From Trypethelium eluteriae (Eukaryota): a DNA stretch of 20,889 nucleotides. The translations under genes and the position numbers were made by a program. The DNA lies in assembly GCA_051942245.1 (NCBI GenBank), contig JAVECL010000037.1, forward strand, positions 62,001 to 82,889, written 5' to 3'. Position 1 is the first letter of the stretch. Every line of letters begins with the position of its first letter. Below the pieces are notes generated by a model. That model did not search any database and was not told where the DNA came from. It saw nothing but the letters and a program-made list of their open reading frames with translations. Positions 1 to 9,270 of this stretch are shown here, piece by piece.

Positions 1-2
1 GC

Positions 3-2226
3 GATGTCGAGGTCTTAAAATTCAAGTTGGACGCTATTTGCACCGATGTCAGGCAACATTGCCGCTCGAGGCTGATCCATCTTGTTAAGTATAGGAGCCG
101 TTGGTCGTCGAAAAAAAGCCTTGAAGGAACACCAGGAAGAAGTTCTTTTACATATCAGACACATACGCGACAAGCTTTCAGGCGAAGATGCCCAGGTCAA
201 CCACGAGGCTTGTTCTCACATCCTGGAGCTCAAAGAAGTCAGTGATCAAAAGCGGATTGTGGACATCTTAGAATGGATCTATCCATCTTCTCTGGAAACG
301 CCCGCGGCTTTGGCACGCACCGCTATTCTGAAGAACCATAGTTTCATCAGTTCAGACAGCACTTATCAGCAGTGGCATGAAGATGCTGGCTCACCTTGGC
401 AACTCAATTCCTACGGCAAGCCTGAGTCTGGGAAGAGTGTTCTAGCTCAGACTGTTCTTCGTGACTTACGGCAAAAGTGCGGCCACAGTGGGCCACCCAT
501 CCTTGCTCTTTTTTTCATCACAAGAATCAATCTGGACAATTCATACAGACCGTCTCTGCAACTTATTGAAACAGCTCATCAATTGTCATCGACCGTTTGC
601 CGCGCACATCCCCCAAGTCATCATCGACCTATGGGACGCCCAAAGGGTCTCTGGCAGGCACTGACGGAAGACGATGCCAGGCGCATTTTGTACGACGAGT
701 TATCATCGATCCCGACGAAGTACCTTGTCATTGACGCCATCGATGAAGCAGAAGGATGCAAGTCGTCTATCGACAGGGAGATACGGCAACTACGACACCA
801 CAATGTCGCTATTTTGAGCACAGATCGCCGCGATCCACGAGAACGGCATGATCAGCCATACTGCTATAGATGCGCTGATGGATCTTTGAATTTGTACTGG
901 CTGTGCGATCAGTGCATGGGTCACTTTCAAATAAATAGCATAGAGCTGTGTCAGAATTGCTATAAAGTCAAGGGACTTCGCTGTCGTGATACCAGTCACG
1001 AAATGAAGCCACCACTGAAACTCAATATCGAAATGAAGACATCTCAGCAAGACCTGAAGCGCTATGTGGAGATGTTCCTTGACGACGAGTTCAACGGTGG
1101 TGATACCGGCGACGATGATGAAGCCATGTTCGGCGGACAAGACACTTTGCTTTCTATGCTCAGAAAAAAACTCGGGCCAGACTTCTGGGCCTCCCTACCC
1201 TTCAAGGTCAGCACTGCGGCCGATAGTAACTTCCTCTACGCTAAGCTTTTCATGGAACGGCTGAGGGTTCAGCCAACGTTGGACGGAGCTATTACTATGG
1301 TTCGACAACTGGATCAGGTTCACGGCACACTCGACAACCTCGACGAACAATATGGTAATATGGTAAGTCTATGTACCAACAAGAGCGACACGCTTGCTTC
1401 CCAAGTGGCCTATGACCACCTCGCACTCGTCTCGTCTGCCTTCGAGGTGCTCTCCTTCGTTCAATTGTCACATGCCAGGGCAATAGCTTGTGGTGATCGA
1501 CTGCTTGAGCATTTTAGCGGCCGCTTCTGCCTGAAGCAAGTGGTTCGTAGGGGAACGAATGGCTTACTCAATATAGATAATATCGGAGAAGCGGACTCTT
1601 TCCCAGTCACCTTCTTCCACCGTTCCCTATCGACACATATTGAGAAGAACCAAAAGCGACAGTTTCCTGATGCACACCAGCGCATGTTCCAGGCATGTCT
1701 TGCGTATCTCAAACTCGACGAGTTCTCCGGACCATTTGAATCGCTTCCGCGACTAGAAGAAGCGGTCAAGAAATACCTTTTTGTGTCCTGCGCTGCATCA
1801 TATTGGGGATTGCATGCCCAGAATGTCTCCAGCAACGTCGAGAACAGTCTGCTTATCCTGGACCTCCTCAACGATGCGAACCGACTTTCGTATGTGATGC
1901 AGATCGCATGGCACACTCGATCACGCGCCGAAAGCAGCTGGGATGTCAGCGGTGGCATCACACCACTGCATGAGTGCGCATTTTATGGACTGAAAACTTT
2001 GTGCCGCGCTCTCTTACTATTTGAGACACCCGTAGATCCTGTTGACGACGTCTACAACCAGACACATTTAATTTACGCCAGCCGCAAGGGCCACGTCTAT
2101 CTCGTAAAGCTTCTGCTGGATGCTGGCGCAAATCCTCATCACTTGAGTACTCTGGGGCGCTCCCCAATGGTTTTACTAATGCTTTGCCCAGCTACATCAA
2201 CTTTGTTTAGGGTGACGAGGGCCTAG
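3..2226 (+). pseudogene. Fungal NLR-like NACHT-ZZ-winged helix-ankyrin protein; frameshifted and 3'-truncated (5' end lies outside the window)
   Basis: Motifs are Walker A GKPESGKS, Walker B YLVIDAIDE, NACHT helical motif NFLYAKLFME, winged-helix motifs (VTFFHRSL, ACLAYL, AASYWGLHA) and ankyrin repeats (ITPLHECAFYG; QTHLIYASRKGHVYLVKLLLDAGANP). The N-terminal helical region reads in frame 3 (3-116, ...KYRSRWSSKK) and shifts to frame 1 at an A7 run (111-117). Between ~510 and ~660 the NACHT-like sequence passes through frames 3 and 2. Ankyrin similarity stops at ~2170. Confidence 0.85.
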
Positions 2227-2321
2227 AGAATGTATATGGCTCGAGTATCGCTTGGCTGCAAAAACTTAAGAAACACTACGATCCCAAGATTCGGTTTAAC
2301 CAGTGTTTCGACATCCATTAA
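2166..2321 (+). pseudogene. 3'-terminal remnant of a BBE-domain (berberine-bridge-enzyme-like) FAD-linked oxidoreductase
   Basis: Frame 3 reads NGFTNALPSYINFV*GDEGLENVYGSSIAWLQKLKKHYDPKIRFNQCFDIH*. This matches the C-terminal BBE pattern Y-x-N-F...GDE...YG...L-x-x-LK-x-x-YDP-x-x-x-F. There is an internal TAG at 2208-2210 and a natural-looking TAA at 2319-2321. Confidence 0.8.
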
Positions 2322-3167
2322 GTCCGCATGGGACTCTTAGTGCTGTTGGCTGGCTATACTGATAGACCTGAAAGTCAGCTTCCAAGAGAATCCCCGTAGA
2401 TACTTACCATTGGTTAAGTGCATATGTATGCATATGTATTGAACATGACGGCAGCTCGCGTAATGCTGCTATCCAGGAAATTAGCACGGTCAGAGGTAGT
2501 AGGTCTGCGCCACCGTATGCACAACGAGAACGCTTGTGGCGGAAAAGTAGACAGCCGACGCCCGCCAATATTACTCTATGCAAGAGTGCAACAGCCGCCT
2601 AAAATTTTGCTTTGGTCCCAACGAATCTACAACAACTTGGCCTACGAGTGTGTCCAAAAGCGGCATGTCGGCCATTGGTGGTTACAGATGGTGGATAGTG
2701 TATAGAAAAGGTTTGTGCAGCTCGATACAATATTTACTAGAAGCCTGGTTGAGTTGGCATTGCATCTGCCGTTGGTCGCTGTGCGGTGGTAGGCCGATGG
2801 GGCAAAGAGATGCAATTGGTAAAGTTGCCATTAAAGCCGTCTAGACTCTGGGTGCTCTACCTTATCTCTTCAGCCGCAGCAGGATGCCTCAACCCCATGA
2901 AATGCCAACCTACATGGCTGAGGCTGCGAGGACGGCTCGGATCGTAAGTGGACGTAACGCCGAGCCATTGACATACTGCATGTAACATCAATTTCCTGGG
3001 GTTTGCTTATTTTTTGCAGCCTGCAAAGGCTTCTCTGGTGCACAGAGTAGACTCTGCCCCGTCACCTAGCCATGACAGTAAGCCGGCGGTATATAGTGCT
3101 GTCTAATTCTCATTAAGGTGCGCTCCATAAGACAATTAGGTCATTACAATAGAGTCAATGAATCAAC

Positions 3168-4153
3168 ATGTCTGCGATAGACAGGAAGTTCTACCTCGTG
3201 ACAGAAGCAAGGAAAGGCACAGTTTCATTGATCCAAAGCTGAACATGAATGCGCTAAATTCAACGGACACCAGGTATAGGTAGAGCACTTGTAGCCACAT
3301 TTCTCGCTCGATCTGGAGTGACTGTGGTGGCTGCTGTACGAAACGGTAGTAACGATTTGCTACAGGAGGCTTCAGATTTACCAAAAGGAGAGTACAGCGA
3401 GCTCATCACTGTACATATTGACAGTACCTCTGCTTCTGATGCCCTGAAAGCAGTGTAAATGCTTCGTGTAAAGTATCGTATCACGCGTCTTGATACGGTT
3501 GTCGTAAATGCGGGCCTATGTACGACCTACGACAATATTGCTGACTCAAAAGATGCGGATCTAAGAGAACATTGCAATGTGAACGCACTAGATAGCACGA
3601 ACCATTTGAATGGCCTCGTATTACCCCTCCAATTTAGCTGAACTCGACCCAGGATTGCTTCGATTATTCCAGGCGACACTTCCACTGCTTGACCAGGCGC
3701 AGAATCCAAGATTCGTTGCCATAGGATCTGCTATAGGAAGTATCGGCGGAATAGAGAAACGACCGTTCCCAATGTTTGCTTACGGGATATCCAAAGCTCT
3801 TGCTCACTTCATTGTGCGCAAGATACATTGAGAGCATGAGGATATCACGGCTTTTGTCATTGATCCTGGGTGAGTTCTTTGAACAGCATCGAGGATTATA
3901 GATTGTTCAAGGCTAATTGATTGCGACCAAGCCTCGTAAAGACTGATATGGGCAACACTGGAGCAAAGAAATTCGGCATAGCACAAGCGCCCGTAATGAT
4001 CGAAGCCAGTGCCTCGTTCATTGTGAAGACGGTGAGTTTGATTAGCTTCCTCTAAGTGAGCTCAGTTGACCCGTCTTCGAGATCGATGAGGCAACGAGAA
4101 ACGCTACATCTGGACATTTTCCCAGCATTGAAGGCGATGACTGCGAGTGGTAG
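3168..4153 (+). pseudogene. Short-chain dehydrogenase/reductase (Nor-1/AflD-like ketoreductase family) pseudogene
   Basis: Reconstructed exons are 3168-3216, 3274-3591, 3653-3869, 3932-4031 and 4082-4153. They give YLVTEARKGIGRALV (degenerate TGxxxGIG), VVNAG, catalytic YGISK and DPGLVKTDMGN. In-frame stops occur at 3456-3458 (TAA) and 3829-3831 (TGA). The intron 2 donor is AT (3592) and the intron 1 donor is GC (3217). Confidence 0.88.
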
Positions 4154-4734
4154 GAACATTAAAACATGCTGGCTTCCGTATGGGAAAATATGCGTAGGGG
4201 ACGAGACGTGCCGTAGGCCTAGATCGTTGGAATAATCGTTAGTATTACTTTTCCTCTGGCTAGAAGGTGGCAAGCTTCATGATAAACGCATTCAGTTAGC
4301 CAATTCTTCTATTGCATTGCTTGTGGCTGTCAACCTGCATAGGTACGTTATCGATGGCAAGAAAGCGAACACAGCTACTGCAGACAATGTGGGCACTTTT
4401 CTGGCAAGGGGAATGTTGTCAGTAGCGCGAGGAGGACACTACCTGATCGTACGATACTTCATCGTAGAGTATATCATCGTCTCACTTAGAAGAATTGGCC
4501 TGAAATCGAATGCAGATCTCCATCTTATTGAATGAAAATGTTGCTTCTTCAGCAGCTCAGCTATCATTTTGGCCAAATTGAATGATGGTCGCTTTAAATT
4601 TCAAGAGGAAATTTAAGTCAACGATTCTGAAGATATGTCTATTATATGTCTGCTGGATCAACTCTGCTCATCCAATAGTTTCTCGCTATGACGTCTCCCA
4701 TTGGCAAGGAATACCGAATGCATACTTCGCCTGG

Positions 4735-6533
4735 CTACATACTGTCGCCCTCGTATTGCTCAGGCACCTCACCTAGAACTGGATTTCCGCCTAATTCCTG
4801 TCGGATTTGGTCGGGGTCCATCTCCTGTAGGGATCGCTCGGTATGCATCTCTGGTATATGTTTCTCCTGTTCCATTTCGAACGGGCCTACTTCTGGCTGT
4901 CCATAAGGCCTTTCCTTCAAATATGGCAGCGATGCCATATCTGAGGTAAACTTATTTGACTGTGACAATTGTCGATGACGTCGGAGCCAGAAGAATAAGC
5001 CAGCTATCATAGCAACACCGATCACTGCACCAATCACGGGACCGGCAACCCATGTTTTGCTCGAACTGGATAGCGACGGGGCAGGATTCGAAAAAGGCGA
5101 ATGCGCTCCCTCGGAACTGGAGTTCGTCGATGTATTTTGAGCTCGCTGAGCTAACAAAGCCCACTGGTGGCCACTCATGGGAGCGACAACTCCAAATATG
5201 CTCTTGAGATAGCAGTTCTGATATCCATCTGTCAAGCTACTATCGAAGACGACGCCAACGCAGTCGTAGCCGCTGCTATTGGTATATGTTGCACATGCAT
5301 CCGCACAAGCGCTCATGTTCTTTGAATAAAAGGACATGATATCGGTACCGAAGGGGGTATTATCATTCGTATTGCAAGAAATTTCGAAGATAGCACCATT
5401 TGGTGAGGTATAGTTTGTACCATTGATACAACTCGAGTCCACATCCCAGACATTATCTTGGTCGAGGATGGCCATATGTACTGGCGGGTCAATCGAATTC
5501 TTAGGATCGAAACTTCCAGTGCTAACGTTATTTTTGTAATAACAATTCCCATAACCGCTGAACATACTAGGGAGATAGACAACTGCTAAGCATAGACCAT
5601 GCGCAGCAGTACACTGATTCATACAGTCCTGCAGGCTATCAGCATGTGTCGGACATAAGCTGTTGGCCGATACATTGTATGTTGGTGAGGTCACTGGGCA
5701 CATATCGTCCACCTCTGGCATGTCCTGGTTGCAATAAATCTCGTATTTGCTGCCATCTGTCGCAACTTGCGTGCTTGCGTTTTGATAGGGACACTGTAGA
5801 TACGGATTCGGATTGACGTTGACCGTAAGCGCACTGTGAACGCTCGCATTGGCAACGTATGTAGTATTATTCAGTACGCCTTGTCCTTTACAGTAACACG
5901 TGCCTGGGCTCGAAGAAAAGTCGAATGCGACGCCGTACACAATGCCTCCTCCTCCCCATGGAGCGCACCAATTCATGCAATCCTCTAAACTAGCGATATC
6001 GTCTTGCTGTACGTCGATAAGGTCATTGGAGGGTAAGTCTTTGTGGCAGCCTGCATTTGGGAGGGATGTACTGAAAATTTGGCCGAGGAGAGTGGTAGTT
6101 TCGCCGACTGGACAGAAGTCGGAGGTCTTACGCTTCTCCAAGTTGCCTATAAAACATCTCATTAGCTTCGAGTCTTCTATCGGAAGACTAGAATAATCAG
6201 AAACTAGCTAAGGATTTGGTATAGCACACGGTGAAGTATCGCAAATCAAGTTTTGATCTTCTGCGGTTACTCATAATGACAGGAGAGAATTTATTTCCTC
6301 AAACGTGTACTTCACAATATCTCAAGCCATACCGAAATCGTTCGAGCGGCACCGCTTTGCCCCTCGGTCGTTTTTCATATTTCCTTGAATTACGTATTTG
6401 TTGGACGAAGGATATTTTATAGAAGGAGCTTACTCTCTGATAGTTCCAGCAATGTATTAAGCCCTCCAATGGTGGTAGATGCTCCCACGGTGATGACACC
6501 ATATACACATAAAAGGTTGCGGGAAAAGATCAT
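4735..6533 (-). CDS. Type I membrane protein with three Cys-rich PAN/Apple-like extracellular modules, Ser-rich stalk, single TM helix and acidic repeat tail
   Basis: The main exon 6146-4735 is preceded by a GCTAAT branch site and a TAG acceptor. The proposed first exon 6533-6434 (MIFSRNLLCVYGVITVGAST..., signal-peptide-like) ends at a GTAAGC donor in compatible phase. An optional in-frame 51-nt exon lies at 6383-6333. The module C...EIxC..D...SxxxCxxxC...CxxV...NCYxK recurs three times, the first copy degenerate. The TM helix WVAGPVIGAVIGVAMIAGLFFWL is followed by RRHR. The 5' exons are less certain than the main exon. Confidence 0.8.
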
Positions 6534-8399
6534 GATACGGTCTGCCGATGGAGGCTGAAGGTCTCCAAGAATATAATACCAGTCGTGCTGAGTAGAGAGT
6601 ACAAGGGTTGCACCAGGATATCAGAAGAACAAGCTGCTCGAGGGTTAGAGCAGAAAGCGCAGGGGCAGTTTGGCTACTATAGCAAATAATAGTAGCTTAG
6701 CATTTACTGAGTCTGCCTTTCATTGCTTTTCCCGCATCTTCTACCAACAACGAGCTATCAGACCGCTCGAGATCAGCTGGTAAACGGATGGAAATTGTAA
6801 AGGGTCAGCTGTGGAAGGCAAAATGCCAATGCCCGGCTCCACAATCAAGCCTCCTGGACGCCTTGTCGCGTAGAGTATGCCGTTAAGATGATGCACACAC
6901 GAGCTTTGGCCCGACTTGCTACAGAAAGAGGGGCTTTACGATAGTATTTTTAAATCTTATAAAACGTTGTGTGAATGATGTTAAACAGCACAGCCTAGGC
7001 CATGCAGCGAAAGGAGCCCAGATGGAGCAGCTAATTCGGGCAGGCGGAAAGTCTTTAAATACCCTTCACGTTTGTGAGGAACAAAGGTAAATTATTATCA
7101 CAACATCGAGTAGTTGAAAATGAGAATGGTGCGAAGCGTTTCGGGCAGAGCCTCATGTGGAGCGGAAGTGGTTGTTTGCCTCATTGCCCAAAAACCACTG
7201 ATAAACGTAAACCGAAATTTGACACACCTTTCTGTATGAAGCGACGGAAATGACGATGCACTAGAGGTTGGCCGTGTAGCGCAAGAGTGCCCGGGCTCTC
7301 CCGTGCTGGGCAAAGGTCCCTCGAAACCTGTTGGGTTTCACCAGTAATCTTGCGATCTAAAGCTCTGAGTGGACGACAAAGATTACCTTGCGAGGTGATT
7401 GGCCCGCAGAATCTAGAGCAGCTGGAGTTCCACATTATCGATAGGGATCGATGCCCCCAAGTCCCTTACGATCCTTCTGTCAGCTGAAAAATTCCGGATC
7501 ATGATTGTCGTCACACCCTCAGCTGCCAAAGCCTCTGAAGGCCCACCTCTTTGGCTGGGAAGACATCGAGTTTATTAAATTATGAGGTAATTTGACATCA
7601 TGGTGGATCCTTGGTTGGGCGAAGCTATCTAGGTCCGAGAGTTTCCGTAGGAGTTATTAGCTACACCTAATTTGGACGGATTCAGGTTGAGAGGCTGCCT
7701 CCTGAAGTCGCAGGCACTGCCTTGTGCAAGGATCGGAAGCATAACTGCATAAAATAATCAATGCATGAGGCTGATTGATGTGCAGTGCATCTTGTGTACC
7801 TATATGCGGAGTACATGTGCGTGTATGTACATAATGCATAAATGCATAAGCATCTGTAGCTATGTAGAACAACAGAGGTTTTGGCCCTGATGTAGCTGCC
7901 GCCGCAGGTCGATAGTAGCTCTATTACTCTACCTGTAATTACAGCCCCACTACTTTACCTGCACATCTAATTCGATTCTCAACCTCACGAGTTTGGATGG
8001 GGATGCGCAACACTGAATGGAGGTTAAATTATGAACACTATATGGAAAATCATAAGACGAGCTGGCGGAAGTGTCCAAGTCAAAGAATTTATCTAAAGAG
8101 TGATTGAGGTAGCTATTTGTAATCTTGTGACCCCGCGAGCTAGAGCAGAGTACGATAGAAGAGTCGTTGAGATTTCTCGCGAACTCGGCAACATTGAGCT
8201 TGCGCCTCCGCGTCCAACTGCTTTGCAGGTTGTCATTGAAGCCTTCGCTTCCCCGCACCGTTAAGGTTCCGTGCCACCTTCATATCTGGAACGAAAGGGT
8301 GTCCATTACGAAACATAGGTAACCAATCAGCTTCAAAGCATTACTTGGCGAAGCGTATGATGGGATCGAACAAAAGTTGACCGACATTAAGACTCATTG

Positions 8400-8436
8400 A
8401 TGACTCATTTCATATAGAATAAAATTTAGTATAAAG
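8400..8436 (+). promoter_or_regulatory. Putative promoter elements of the methyltransferase: Gcn4/CpcA (AP-1) consensus ATGACTCAT (8400-8408) and TATA-like TATAAAG (8430-8436)
   Basis: Exact 9-bp consensus match 100 bp upstream of the ATG, a second GACTCAT at 8391-8397, and a TATA-like box 70 bp upstream of the ATG. Motif match only. Confidence 0.4.
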
Positions 8437-8499
8437 CAAGCCTAATGCTTTACAAGTAAGCAAATCGCGCTCATCAGATTCTATACCTCGAAGTGCATC

Positions 8500-9270
8500 A
8501 TGACTGCGAACATTTATACCGCTGTCCATGCCTCAAAGAGCATCCAAGAGATGCTTCGCTCACTTCATGAGCAGTCTGTCGCACAGGAAAAGCAATTTGC
8601 CGACATGCCAAATTTGGACCAAATAAAGACCTCTCTGCAAGATGAGTATTTTGGCTCAGGGCATGAGGTAATGGTTGATAAGTTTATCGCACTTACAGCA
8701 GATAAAGCATCCTTCATGTATGAGTTACTGCGAGCCCAGGGCGCACTCAACGTAGTGGAGGCAGGGACGAGCTTCGGCGTTAGCACTATCTACCTTGCCT
8801 TGGCAGTTGGGCAGAATGCAGCAGCAGCAGGGAAAAAGCCGGGCGAGGCGAAGGTGATCGCAACGGAGTATGAGCATACAAAGGCCGAAAGAGCCCGCGA
8901 GCATTGGCGCGCTGCAGGGGCAGACGTCGAGGCATGGATCGAGTTGCGCGAAGGTGACTTGCGGGAGACGCTCAAGGAAAATCTGCCCGAGATTGACTTT
9001 GTGTTGCTTGATAGTACGTTACATTGCTGACCTGCGAAGAGTAAAGGCCTTAACAGGACGACAGTCTGGACCCCAATGGTCTTGCCTACTATCAAATTGA
9101 TCGAGCCAAAGCTACGTCCTGGTGCGGTGATTCTGGCGGATAATACAATCTCGGGCAGTCGCGGATATGCGGAATATCTCGAGTATATCAAGCGGCCTGG
9201 GAGTGGTTATCGGACGATGACTTTGCCATTCCCTGATGGGCTGGAAATGACATTGTTTTTAGGAGTTTAG
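8500..9270 (+). CDS. Class I SAM-dependent O-methyltransferase (MdmC/COMT-like fold), ~239 aa
   Basis: Exons 8500-9013 and 9065-9270 flank intron 9014-9064 (GTACGT...CAG). Motifs are VVEAGTSFGVSTIYLA (SAM-binding motif I), VIATE, LREGDLRETL, IDFVLLDIW (spanning the splice) and LRPGAVILADN. Confidence 0.92.

Noticed and set aside
1461..1961. 166-aa minus-strand ORF
   Set aside because: Antisense shadow of the NACHT gene with no recognisable motifs.
82..2226. The 714-aa ORF taken as an intact protein
   Set aside because: It starts at a TTG after in-frame stops, contains ~50 off-frame codons, and ends in sequence from another gene read out of frame.
2418..2844. 95-aa and 88-aa plus-strand ORFs
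   Set aside because: No recognisable domain or convincing splice structure in any frame I read.
1..4200. Starship or other large mobile element call; amyloid-signalling NLR system
   Set aside because: No tyrosine recombinase, terminal repeats, amyloid motif or adjacent HeLo/gasdermin-type effector gene is visible, and the NLR 5' end lies outside the window.
7098..8258. Several 66-102-aa ORFs between the PAN-like gene and the methyltransferase
   Set aside because: No motifs and no coherent exon chain; treated as intergenic.
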